Assembly: GCA_963846575.1 (NCBI GenBank)
Contig: CAWJWJ010000001.1
Span: 1,216,001 to 1,280,000 of the forward strand
Direction of reading: 5' to 3'
DNA length: 64,000 nucleotides
From: an uncultured Nitrospiraceae bacterium
GTDB taxonomy: Bacteria; Nitrospirota; Nitrospiria; Nitrospirales; Nitrospiraceae
Positions 11,260 through 20,449 of this stretch are shown here, piece by piece. The position numbers were made by a program, and so were the translations under genes. Numbering within the stretch: position 1 is the stretch's first letter; every line of letters begins with the position of its first letter. A model generated the notes under the pieces. That model was not told where the DNA came from. It was given only the letters and a program-made list of their open reading frames with translations, and made no database searches.

Positions 11260-13089
11260 TCAGGCTGATGCCGTGGGACGACGAGGTGGGCGGCGACCGC
11301 GTCCTCGATAACGATGCGCGGGGCCGCGACTCACACCTGGCAGGCGGATGGTGACGGTTGTTCCTTCGCCTGGTGTTCCCGAAATGCCGATGCTGCCCTG
11401 ATGCTCCTCGACAATTTTTTTGACCGTGGCGAGGCCCAGGCCGGTGCCGGATCGTTTCGTCGTAAAGAAGGGCTCGAAGACCTTGTCCACATGCTCCGGA
11501 GGAATCGGGGCTCCGTTGTTCTTGATCAGAATCTGGACTTCCAGGTGGCGTGCCGCCCGCTGGTTGCTCATCGCAATGGTCAGAATGCCGCCCGGTGTCA
11601 TTGCCTCGATCGCATTTTTGAAAATGCTGAGGAAGACCTGCTGCATCTTGGCTTCGTCCGCTCGAACGGGGGCCAGCAGGCCGGCGTATTCCTTGACCAC
11701 CTGAATGCGTGTGGCTTCCAATTCCGTCGCCACTACCGTAAGGGCGTTTTCGACCATTTCAGGGACCCGGCAGAGCCGGCGAGTCAGATCGAGGGGTTTG
11801 GCGAAGTCGAGAATCTCATTGAGAATCGCTTCAATGCGGATCAGATCTCGCATGGCGTTCTCAACCCTGGTCTGGGGATCGAAATCGAGAATTCCTTCCG
11901 CCGTGACTTCTTCCAGCTGGGCTCGAATCGAGGCCAACGGCTCGCGGACTTCGGTGGCGAGGAAGGCGCTGAACTCTCCGACGGCAGCCTGCCGTTCCTG
12001 TTTTCTGATAACCGGTTCCGCTGAGATGAGCGGCGCGGCACCCGGTTCGGCGCCCGGCGTTCCTTCAGCCTTTGCGGCGCTTGTTGCCGCTGGCGGAGCG
12101 GCCTGTAGCAATTCCACCAGCTTCAGGTTGATGGGTTCCAACTGGCGGGCGTCAGATACGGCGAAGCGGTCAGCTTCTTTCGATGCCAAGGTGATGGTGC
12201 CACCGACCTGGCCGCGCAAGAAGAACGGGAGAACGAGCGACGACTCAAACCGGTCCTTGTAGAGGTGTTTGTGATCGAGGAAGCGACCCTGTGTCGAAGC
12301 GAGATCGTGATCGACGCGGGGTTTCCTGTGCCTGACCACCCATCCGGCGGCGGAGGCATCGAGCGCCAGCCGCTGACCCGCCTTGAGATCCTTCTTTTGA
12401 TCCTTCGGGTCTGTTTTCTGCTCTCCCGCGATGCCGAGCACTTCAACATTGCCGGCCAGAGGATCGTAGGCCCCGATCCAGGCCCGATCAAAAGGGAGGG
12501 TCTGCCCAAGCTCGTTGAGGAGCAGGACGATTTTCTCCTGAATCTCAGGCGTCGCATGGGAGGTAGGCGCCGCATAGACGTCCGCCGGCGCGGCTACCGG
12601 AACCGGCTCCGCCACCACTAGAGGACGGCTGAGAATGACGTTCATGTCGAATAGGCTGTCCCGTTCGAGGGCTTTGGTAATATCGTCGCCGGCTTGCTCC
12701 AGCATGACCTTGTCTTTTTTGGCATAGGCGGCATTGTCCTTCCGGCCGATCACCAAAAAGCCGTAGGTTCGCTGGCGAAGCCGCAGCGGCATGCCGAGGA
12801 GCGATTTTGCGCCGGGCGTCACCAGGCGGAGTCGCATCGTGCGCGAGGCATCCGCGTCACTGGCGGCCGGCACGGTTGTCAGCACCTTTTGTGAGGAAAG
12901 AGTGCGGACAATCGATTGCACGTCGCGGGGTGTAAATCCGCGATGCACCTGCGTCGTGAGCGGTCCCTGTTCCTGGTGAAAAATCGCGACCAATGCGGCA
13001 TCGGCCGGCAATCCGTTGAGCACGGAGGTCAGGGTGCGTTGCAGATGGGTTTCGGCCGCGGCTTTACTTTGTTCGACTGAAGGACTCAT
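11260..13089 (-). CDS. Two-GAF sensor histidine-kinase-like protein with a degenerate H-box
   Basis: Two GAF-like segments; HisKA-like LATEVREPL; HATPase N (KNAIEAM), F (FEPFFTTK) and G2 (GTGLGL) boxes. Confidence 0.85.
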   Translation of the reverse strand: MSPSVEQSKAAAETHLQRTLTSVLNGLPADAALVAIFHQEQGPLTTQVHRGFTPRDVQSIVRTLSSQKVLTTVPAASDADASRTMRLRLVTPGAKSLLGMPLRLRQRTYGFLVIGRKDNAAYAKKDKVMLEQAGDDITKALERDSLFDMNVILSRPLVVAEPVPVAAPADVYAAPTSHATPEIQEKIVLLLNELGQTLPFDRAWIGAYDPLAGNVEVLGIAGEQKTDPKDQKKDLKAGQRLALDASAAGWVVRHRKPRVDHDLASTQGRFLDHKHLYKDRFESSLVLPFFLRGQVGGTITLASKEADRFAVSDARQLEPINLKLVELLQAAPPAATSAAKAEGTPGAEPGAAPLISAEPVIRKQERQAAVGEFSAFLATEVREPLASIRAQLEEVTAEGILDFDPQTRVENAMRDLIRIEAILNEILDFAKPLDLTRRLCRVPEMVENALTVVATELEATRIQVVKEYAGLLAPVRADEAKMQQVFLSIFKNAIEAMTPGGILTIAMSNQRAARHLEVQILIKNNGAPIPPEHVDKVFEPFFTTKRSGTGLGLATVKKIVEEHQGSIGISGTPGEGTTVTIRLPGVSRGPAHRYRGRGRRPPRRPTASA

Positions 13090-13316
13090 CGACCTCAATG
13101 CAGAATGCTACCGACCTGGCAGGGGGTCATCGGTTGTGCGCCGATGCCTGTGGACTCTGAAGAGTCATGACCCGCAGCCCGTTCGAAACATGGTGCCCGT
13201 TATAGGTTGTGCGCTCTCCGCGGTGAAAGTCGAGCGTCGAGGCGCATTGTAGCAGCCGAATCCCGGTAACTCAAGAAATGCCGCATTGAGCCAGGATCTT
13301 TTTCGGAGCGGGTTGC

Positions 13317-13772
13317 TTAGTCGGGATTGATGATGGTCGGGGGGCGTTGAGACCGGTCGATCGTGCCGGGGCGAGTTTGCTCGACGGCCAGGATCATGTT
13401 CAGCAGGGCGCTGACCACGCTGATGACGAGGGCGCCCCAGAAGGAGGCCCCGAATCCGGCCACATTGAAGCCCTTCACAAGGGCGGCCGTCAGTTGGAGC
13501 AGCAGCGCGTTGATGACTACCATGAACAGGCCGAGCGAGACGACGATCAAGGGGAGTGACAGCAAATAGAGCAGTGGACGGATCAGTGTGTTCAGCAGGG
13601 TGAGCACGAGTACAGCCGCCACGCCGGAACCGAGGCTATTCGATTCGATGCCGGGCACGACCGTCAGCGCCAAAAAGACGGCGATCCCCATGATGAGCAC
13701 GCGCATCACGATGGGGCGGAGGCCGGGACCCGCCGTAGTCTGTTGCATATGCTGGATGCGAAAGACAGGCAT
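13317..13772 (-). CDS. 4-TM phage-holin-family (YvlD/DUF360-like) membrane protein
   Basis: LNTLIRPLL..LSLP..LGLF..VINALL..GF..GF..FWGAL pattern. Confidence 0.85.
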   Translation of the reverse strand: MPVFRIQHMQQTTAGPGLRPIVMRVLIMGIAVFLALTVVPGIESNSLGSGVAAVLVLTLLNTLIRPLLYLLSLPLIVVSLGLFMVVINALLLQLTAALVKGFNVAGFGASFWGALVISVVSALLNMILAVEQTRPGTIDRSQRPPTIINPD

Positions 13773-13778
13773 GGCTGG

Positions 13779-14123
13779 CTATTGAGCGGCCTTCGGTTTG
13801 GAATCCGAATAGTGGACTTCGGTGGCGATCAGCCCCTTGGCATCTTTTTCGGCTTCCACGACCACGCGATCCCCCACCTGAGGGGGACTCTTCGGTCTGC
13901 GAAGATTCCTTACCTTATACGTGGTTTTGTCCGTGAGTCGTACCGACACCGACTGGCCCTTGGGCGTTTTTATTTCCATGTGAGTCGCATCAATGACGGT
14001 GACGACGCCGAGCACATGCTGGCCGCTGCCATGGGCAGCCACCCATATCGGCGTACACATCAGAGTCAGCGCCACTACAATGAGTCGAAGGAATGTCACG
14101 GCCGTGTCCTTTCGTTGGGGCAT
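13779..14123 (-). CDS. Secreted small OB-fold (DUF5666/CusF-like) protein
   Basis: Signal peptide; mature N-terminus HGSGQH; G-x-V..ID, T.Y, VGDRVVV, A.EV. Confidence 0.6.
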   Translation of the reverse strand: MPQRKDTAVTFLRLIVVALTLMCTPIWVAAHGSGQHVLGVVTVIDATHMEIKTPKGQSVSVRLTDKTTYKVRNLRRPKSPPQVGDRVVVEAEKDAKGLIATEVHYSDSKPKAAQ

Positions 14124-14125
14124 GT

Positions 14126-14740
14126 TCAGTGCTGATGGGCTCCTGCCGTTCCCGTGGCAGCATCGTCTCCCTGGAGGAATTGTTCGAACAATGCTTCTTC
14201 CTCCAGTTCTTGTTTCGTTTTGGGATTCAATGCCTTCATCGTCACCAACTCTTCCTCAGTCAGGCTCGGTAGATGGCGAATGAAATGGACCAGTTGCCAG
14301 CTGGTGCTGTCTTTCACCGGATCGCCGGTGCCCCAGGCTGGCATGCCGGTGAAGCGAATGCCGTTCTGGATGATGAAAAACAATTCTCCGTCGGACATGT
14401 TCTGCGTGTCAGCAAGACGCAAATCCGGAGATTTTGGATACATGTTCTTGCCGATGGCGGTCTGCCCGCTGCCATTATTGGCATGACAGCCGGCACAATG
14501 GTCGGCAAAGTGCGCCAGCCCTTCCTTGAGCAGCTCATCGGTCAGGGGAAGCGGATTACGCAGCCGCCGGTTTTCGATCGGGATGGCGAGATGCCGGAGC
14601 TGTCGGGCGATGAGGATTTCCAATTCGTTCGGTTCGGCCTTGGCGCTGAATCCGGTGGTGTAGGACTGGTACCCGAACCATCCCAACAGCGCCAGGGAGG
14701 CGAGAACGCCGACAACGAGGATCCCGCAGATCTTTTTCAC
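14126..14740 (-). CDS. Membrane-anchored monoheme cytochrome c
   Basis: N-terminal TM; CAGCH; SDGELF.II.NGIR.TGMPAW. Confidence 0.9.
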   Translation of the reverse strand: MKKICGILVVGVLASLALLGWFGYQSYTTGFSAKAEPNELEILIARQLRHLAIPIENRRLRNPLPLTDELLKEGLAHFADHCAGCHANNGSGQTAIGKNMYPKSPDLRLADTQNMSDGELFFIIQNGIRFTGMPAWGTGDPVKDSTSWQLVHFIRHLPSLTEEELVTMKALNPKTKQELEEEALFEQFLQGDDAATGTAGAHQH

Positions 14741-14846
14741 CGGTCACACACCTCTCTCCTGGGTCACAACGCCCTTCTACAATATACAGACTCATCCGAA
14801 TGAATGCCAATCAGTCCGGAGACGAGCGTCCAACAGGGTGATGTCA

Positions 14847-15659
14847 CTAAGTAGAGGACGCAGGGGGCGTGAGCAGGCGGACTGCGACCAGGGCCGTGAC
14901 AGGTACATACATCAGCAGACCCGTCGTCCCCTGCAGCAGTTCACCGATCCAGAAGGTAACGCCGAGGTTAAATGCAAGCACCCCATAATAGAGACCGCCT
15001 CCCAGCAGGAGGCGATGGGTGCTTGAAGGACGGTGCTCCGGAAGGGGAGCACGGAGCCTCCGGTCGAGAGGAAAATAGATCAGCAGGGAGATCAGTCCGA
15101 CGACTGCCCACCCGGCGTAATTCGCCATCGGAACCCCAAAATGTACGCCGGGATCCGGATAATAATAAATTTTCCCCAGGAACCATCGATCGCCCCGCAA
15201 GGCGACCGGATCGATCACCATATCGATGAAGGCGAAGAACAGCACGGTGAGCGTCAGGACCTGCCAGGACGTGCGGAGCGGCAGATCGAATTCCAATTCC
15301 ACCAGCCGGGGAGGGGACGAAGCGGTGGACCAGGGGCGGATCGGCAACAGGCACAGGAGGGCCAGGCAATAACTGGCAAACAGCAGGAACGAAAATGAAA
15401 TCGAGTCCATGAAGGGAATGTTGGACAGGTACAACTCCTGCCCCATCGTGGATCCATTATAAAAATACCAACCGAACGGAATCCCGTTCCGCGTGCTCGA
15501 AAATTCACACAGGAAGGCGGTGCCCCAACTGATGAGCCAGAAGCGCCAGGTCCGCGGCCAGCCGATCAGCTGGACGGCGGCAAATAAAAAGGCCCCCAGG
15601 AAGATGAAGACGTAGGGCCGAAAGGCGATGGTCTTTAGAAAGAGAACGAAGAATTCCAT
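14847..15659 (-). CDS. CruF/DUF422-like 'carotenoid biosynthesis' membrane protein
   Basis: E..S..NG.PFG.Y.Y, D..IDP, FGVP..NYAGW motifs. Confidence 0.8.
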   Translation of the reverse strand: MEFFVLFLKTIAFRPYVFIFLGAFLFAAVQLIGWPRTWRFWLISWGTAFLCEFSSTRNGIPFGWYFYNGSTMGQELYLSNIPFMDSISFSFLLFASYCLALLCLLPIRPWSTASSPPRLVELEFDLPLRTSWQVLTLTVLFFAFIDMVIDPVALRGDRWFLGKIYYYPDPGVHFGVPMANYAGWAVVGLISLLIYFPLDRRLRAPLPEHRPSSTHRLLLGGGLYYGVLAFNLGVTFWIGELLQGTTGLLMYVPVTALVAVRLLTPPASST

Positions 15660-15751
15660 CGAGGCTCACTGTCCGCTGATCGATGAGCGATAGACCCGTC
15701 GAGGCAGGCGGTGACTGATCATTCGCGATACGGCATCCTGCATGGGTAATG

Positions 15752-16735
15752 TCATGCGTAGCCGTGATTGCGGAACCACCGCACCGCCTTTTCGAGCGCG
15801 GTCTCGACCGGTGTTTGGGGCAGGCCGAGTTCTCTGATGGCTTTGCTGCAGTCGTAGTGCATCTTGTATTTGGCCATCCGGACCCCTTCAAGCGGAATTC
15901 GTGGCGGGATGCCGGTCAGGTTCGAGACCCAGTGATTGGCATAGGCCAGCGGCAGAATAGCGACGCGCGGCAGCTTGATGGTGGGGGCTTTGACGCCGGT
16001 GAGACGGCTCAAGATCTGAAAGACGTCATTCAGCAAAAGATTGGTATTCCCAAGGATATACCGCTCCCCCACGCGCCCCTTCTCCATGGCTAACAGGTGC
16101 CCCTGGGCGACATCGTCCACGTCGATCAGATTCATGCCGGTTTCGATATAGGCGGGCATCCGGCCTTTCATGAAATCCAGGATGATGTGGCCGGTGGGCG
16201 TGGGTTTTACGTCCGCCTCTCCGACCGGTGCGCTGGGATTTACGATGACGACCGGGAATCCTGCTCGCGCCAGTTTCAGCACTTCCTGCTCGGCCAGGTA
16301 TTTCGACCGTTTGTAGTGACCGGCCATCTGATCCAGTGAGACAGGTGTCTCTTCCGTCCCCAGCCCGCCGCCCGCCGGGAGCCCGATCGCGCCGATGGTG
16401 CTGCAATAGACGGTACGGTCGATGCCGACTTCGCGAGCGGTTTCCAGCAGCGTGCGCGTGCCGGTCACGTTGATGTCGTAGAAAATGGAAGGATCTTTCG
16501 CCCAGAGGGCGTAATGCGCGGCGACATGGTACAGGTGCCGGCAGCCGGCCAGGGCGCGACGGAGCGACTCGGCATCGCGTAGGTCTCCGATGACCTGGTC
16601 GACCGGGAGCCCGGCGAGGTTCTGGAGGTCCGCGCCGTTTCTGGACAGCACCCGTACCTCAACGCCGGCTTTGACCAAGGCGCGGGCCACCGCACCACCG
16701 ACAAATCCGGTTGCTCCGGTTACGAGGGCTTTCAT
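15752..16735 (-). CDS. hpnA: Hopanoid-associated NAD-dependent epimerase/dehydratase
   Basis: VTGATGFVG, HVAAHY.LW, YKRSK, NPSAPVG..DVKPTPTG, DVAQGH..A.EKGR.GERYILG. Confidence 0.85.
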   Translation of the reverse strand: MKALVTGATGFVGGAVARALVKAGVEVRVLSRNGADLQNLAGLPVDQVIGDLRDAESLRRALAGCRHLYHVAAHYALWAKDPSIFYDINVTGTRTLLETAREVGIDRTVYCSTIGAIGLPAGGGLGTEETPVSLDQMAGHYKRSKYLAEQEVLKLARAGFPVVIVNPSAPVGEADVKPTPTGHIILDFMKGRMPAYIETGMNLIDVDDVAQGHLLAMEKGRVGERYILGNTNLLLNDVFQILSRLTGVKAPTIKLPRVAILPLAYANHWVSNLTGIPPRIPLEGVRMAKYKMHYDCSKAIRELGLPQTPVETALEKAVRWFRNHGYA

Positions 16736-16850
16736 CGGTGAGACCCTGGAAGACATGAGGCGTGACAGCCGGCACGATTGTATTGCCTGACGGGACGACG
16801 GTGAAAGTGAGCGATTAAGCGCGTCACGAGATATGCTTCACGAAGGACGG

Positions 16851-17774
16851 TTAGTTCTTCCGCGAGGTGATGTAGCGAGCCAGTGCGCGGAGGGGATCGG
16901 CTTTGGCACCGAAGGAAGCGAGACGGTCGTTGGCGCGAGTGACGCAGTCCTCGGCCAATTGTTTCGCCCCGTCCACGCCGTAAAACGTGGGATAGGTTTT
17001 TTTGCCCCGTTGCGCGTCGGTATTGGGGTTTTTCCCGAGTTCCTCGCGCGTGCCGGTCACGTTCAGGACGTCGTCGGCAATCTGGAAGGCCAAGCCGATG
17101 TTTTCGGCGTAGACCGTCAAATCCTCGAGTTGTGCGGGAGTCGCCCCGGCGGTAATCGCGCCCATCCGGACGGCCGCCCTGATGAGCATGCCGGTCTTGT
17201 GTTTGTGGATGGACTGCAGGGTCGTCAGATCGATGTCCTTGTTTTCCGCTTGAATGTCCAACACCTGCCCGCCGACCATTCCGACATTGCCCGACCCCAG
17301 GGTCAGTTCGCGGACCAGCCGAACCTGGCGGACCGCGTCGAGACCAGGAGCGCCATTCGAGCTCGTGCAGAGTTCAAAGGCCATAGTCAGGAGGGCATCG
17401 CCGGCTAAAATGGCCATGGCCTCGCCGTAGACCTTGTGATTGGTCGGTTTCCCCCGGCGGAAATCGTCATTGTCCATTGCGGGGAGATCGTCGTGAATGA
17501 GGGAATAGGTATGAATCAATTCCAGGGAAGAGGCGACCGGGAGCACGGCTTCACCCGGTTCGCCGACTGCTTCCGCTGCGGCGATCGCCAGAATGGGGCG
17601 TATCCGTTTCCCGCCGGCAAACAGGCTGTACCGCATGCTTTCATGCAGGGTCGTCGGCATGGTCTCGGCCGAGGGAATGACCGACTGTAGATAGCGGTCC
17701 ACATGCTCGCGTTTTCGTTCGAGATACTGGCGGATATCCATGCCGGTCGGGGTGAGCTGACTCGTGGGACTCAT
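16851..17774 (-). CDS. ispA: Farnesyl/geranylgeranyl diphosphate synthase
   Basis: GGKRIRP, SLIHDDLPAMDNDDFRRGKPTNH, GQVLD, KTG, FQIADD; start trimmed. Confidence 0.93.
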   Translation of the reverse strand: MSPTSQLTPTGMDIRQYLERKREHVDRYLQSVIPSAETMPTTLHESMRYSLFAGGKRIRPILAIAAAEAVGEPGEAVLPVASSLELIHTYSLIHDDLPAMDNDDFRRGKPTNHKVYGEAMAILAGDALLTMAFELCTSSNGAPGLDAVRQVRLVRELTLGSGNVGMVGGQVLDIQAENKDIDLTTLQSIHKHKTGMLIRAAVRMGAITAGATPAQLEDLTVYAENIGLAFQIADDVLNVTGTREELGKNPNTDAQRGKKTYPTFYGVDGAKQLAEDCVTRANDRLASFGAKADPLRALARYITSRKN

Positions 17775-17946
17775 GCTGAATTCGTTCGAACGCCGTGGCT
17801 CTCCATGTGCGCGAGAGAGTAGCAAAGGGGTTTGAGGGCTGTCAAACGGGGAGAGAGAGTTCAACGCACTCGGACGAGCGTAGTGTATCGTACCTCTCCC
17901 ACCGCTCCTTGTTTTTTCTTCGACCCGTTCGCTATACTCCCCCGAT

Positions 17947-18237
17947 ATGAGTATTCGCAAGGCAGCCGGTGAGTGGGAGCCCATGCTCTTGGGGATCGAG
18001 CCTCGCAATTGCAAGGTATGTGAGCAGGGGCTGTATCGCGACAAAACGATGTTCCGCGGCGGCTGGTCCCGGTGTGCCGTGTGCGATGAATTCGTGCACT
18101 ATAGTTGTCTGGCTAGCGGTAAAGTCAGCTTTCTCAAGGCCCGTCCGCGCATCTGTAAGACCTGTCGCGCCGCTGAGGAACAGGCGAAGCAGATTGCGCT
18201 CCCTCCGTCAAGCCAACCAGCGCCAGTCGGATCATGA
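17947..18237 (+). CDS. Small C4HC3 (PHD-finger-like) zinc-binding protein
   Basis: CKVC-x17-CAVC-x4-H-x2-C-x15-CKTC; TATACT at 17933; alternative start 17983. Confidence 0.7.
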   Translation: MSIRKAAGEWEPMLLGIEPRNCKVCEQGLYRDKTMFRGGWSRCAVCDEFVHYSCLASGKVSFLKARPRICKTCRAAEEQAKQIALPPSSQPAPVGS

Positions 18238-18569
18238 CCCTCCTCCTCGACCCGCAGCAGCGATCAGCCAGACCAGGCTGGCACGCGTTTTTTTACCACG
18301 CCATCCGGTATGTGCTGGCGCCCGTGCTGTTTATCTCTGGCGGGTTCTTCACGTCCAATTTCATCCTGAGCGGGCATTACACTTGGCCAAGAACGAGCCG
18401 GGTGTTCGTGCTGACGCTCACGTTGATGATCCTGGCCTACGAGTTCATTTACAAGGACCGTACAGTGCCGTCGGCGTCACCGGAGCGGGCCTTCAACGCC
18501 GTGCTGTATTCCTGTATGATTCCGTACGCCTTCGGCGTCCTGCTGATGTGGGCGTTAGCGAACCTCTAG
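18234..18569 (+). CDS. Small 3-TM membrane protein
   Basis: ATGA overlap with the previous gene; three hydrophobic segments. Confidence 0.75.
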   Translation: MTLLLDPQQRSARPGWHAFFYHAIRYVLAPVLFISGGFFTSNFILSGHYTWPRTSRVFVLTLTLMILAYEFIYKDRTVPSASPERAFNAVLYSCMIPYAFGVLLMWALANL

Positions 18570-18616
18570 CCGGTGCCGGACGCGGGAATCATCGGCCGGT
18601 CTCCCCACAGGTGACT

Positions 18617-18991
18617 ATGGGACAGCGTTTTCAAAGTGGTGCCTTCGTCCAGCAATGCTTCGCCGTCCATCCGCTCTGTTTATCGCTGAAGCGCATGGAC
18701 GGGGATGGCCGGTTGTTCGTCGCCTGTACATCCTGCCGTATGATGCATCATCTGCTGATTGAGCAGATCGTCGCGCGAGTCGCCGCCGTGCCGCTCGGCG
18801 GCGAGTCGATCAGCGCGAAAACAATTCCGACCGCGAAGGAACTCCTGACCGCCTGCCTCCAGACCCACCCCGAGGCGGTTACCATTCGGGAGTTAGACGT
18901 GATCCGGGACAATGTCGGCTTGCGTTGCGCCGAATGTCGCCGCATGTTCGATCTGCAAGTCTCCACATTCGAATCTCACCAGAAGTCGTAA
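18617..18991 (+). CDS. Hypothetical protein with duplicated C-x3-HP...CxxC modules
   Basis: C-terminal part of ORF 17969..18991 from ATG 18617; internal two-fold repeat. Confidence 0.7.
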   Translation: MGQRFQSGAFVQQCFAVHPLCLSLKRMDGDGRLFVACTSCRMMHHLLIEQIVARVAAVPLGGESISAKTIPTAKELLTACLQTHPEAVTIRELDVIRDNVGLRCAECRRMFDLQVSTFESHQKS

Positions 18992-18996
18992 TCCAC

Positions 18997-19626
18997 GTGG
19001 CGCCGTCTCAAGAGGAGCTCAGCCTGACCTCGGATGAGCTCAGGCTGGTTGCCGACGGGGACCTGTTTCGAGCGAAAGAACGCATCATCCTCAAAGTTCT
19101 GGGTTGGTTCCCGGAACTTCAGCGAGGTCTTCAGGAAGAAGTTGGCCGGAACGTCCTGCTGTTGCCGCCCGAGTTCGATACGAGGAAGATGCAGTCGGTA
19201 AAAGGCGAGCGGCTGGAGAACTGTCCCTACCAATATCTGGACTATCCCAAACATTTTCTCGGCGAGGACAAGTTCACGTTTCGATCGCTATGCTGGTGGG
19301 GACACCACCTCGCGTTCGCGATGATCATCGAGGGCGGACAGGTCAAGCAGTACAAGAAGAACTTCGTCGACCGGTTCCACCAACTGGCCGGTCAGGATCT
19401 GGAACTTTCATTAGCTCCGACGCTCTGGGAATGGAAACGGGGCGAGGGCTATACCCTCCCGATTACGCACGATCGGAAAGCGCAGCTGGCGGCAGTGCTG
19501 GCGGGACGTTCACGGTTCAAACTCATCCGGTTCGTGCCGTTGGATTCGCCGGCCATACTTGAGGGCCGTGTGTGTGAGCTGGGCCGAGAGACCTTCCGCA
19601 CCCTGCTCCCGCTGCTGACTCCCTGA
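18997..19626 (+). CDS. Conserved hypothetical protein
   Basis: Protein-like composition (KGERLENCPYQYLDYP..F.FRSLCWWG); 5 nt after the previous stop. Confidence 0.7.
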   Translation: MAPSQEELSLTSDELRLVADGDLFRAKERIILKVLGWFPELQRGLQEEVGRNVLLLPPEFDTRKMQSVKGERLENCPYQYLDYPKHFLGEDKFTFRSLCWWGHHLAFAMIIEGGQVKQYKKNFVDRFHQLAGQDLELSLAPTLWEWKRGEGYTLPITHDRKAQLAAVLAGRSRFKLIRFVPLDSPAILEGRVCELGRETFRTLLPLLTP

Positions 19627-19777
19627 TGCGCCCGCTGCCTGTGCCTATCTCTCTCACGCCCCCGTTCAGGACCGGACTGAGGGCTGATCCTAGCGCCCTT
19701 CAGGTTTGTCATCCAGGTTCGAGTTGGGTAGACTGTGGGCCGTCTTAGGAGAACCCACTTACTGACAGGAGGAATGT

Positions 19778-20428
19778 GTGATTGCACTGGGATGTCGGAT
19801 CGCAAGTCAGGTTGGTATCGCGGTAGGTCTGGCGCTAGTCTGGGGCTGTGCGGGAACCGGGGAAATGGTATCGCTCAACGTGCAGCCGCGGCAGCCGTTC
19901 GTTCAAAGCGGCCAGCCGGAACCGTTGAAGATCGTCATTTTGCCGTTTGAAGATCTCCGCGCAGACAAAACGAAGATCGGCCAACGCACCCATCTGGGCG
20001 GCGGCGTCACGAATTTCAACGTCAATGGAAGTGTGCCCGGTGTGACCATCGCCGAGGCATTGGCGGAGGCTTTGCGCTGGCAGGGGTGGAACCGCCGCGG
20101 ATGGGACGCGCGGGTCGTCCAGTCGGGGGTCGAGATCTCGGGGGCGGATATCGTCATCTCAGGAGACATACAGGAATTCTCGACTCATGCGAAAAGCCGC
20201 GTGTTCAATACGAAACTGAAGGGCGAGAGCCGGCTGGTCATTCGGGCGAAGAATCTCACCGACGACAGCAGCACTCAGCGCAATATCCAGGGCGAACAGA
20301 CCAAGCTCGTGTTCTGGTTCACCAGCGAGGATATCGAAACCCTCATGTCCGCGCTCCTGCAGGATGGAATTGACCGTTTTATCACGGATACGAAGATCGA
20401 AGGCCGCGCCTTGAAGTCCGCCAAGTGA
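19778..20428 (+). CDS. Lipoprotein (YajG-like)
   Basis: RBS AGGAGG; lipobox VWGC; FEDLR motif. Confidence 0.7.
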   Translation: MIALGCRIASQVGIAVGLALVWGCAGTGEMVSLNVQPRQPFVQSGQPEPLKIVILPFEDLRADKTKIGQRTHLGGGVTNFNVNGSVPGVTIAEALAEALRWQGWNRRGWDARVVQSGVEISGADIVISGDIQEFSTHAKSRVFNTKLKGESRLVIRAKNLTDDSSTQRNIQGEQTKLVFWFTSEDIETLMSALLQDGIDRFITDTKIEGRALKSAK

Positions 20429-20449
20429 GGGACGGGTGCTGGACCGGCG

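Noticed and set aside
13317..13772. Prophage, suggested by the holin-family gene
   Set aside because: No integrase, endolysin or structural genes; this family is common outside phages
17969..18616. N-terminal part of the 340-aa ORF
   Set aside because: Overlaps two better ORFs in another frame; only the part from ATG 18617 looks real
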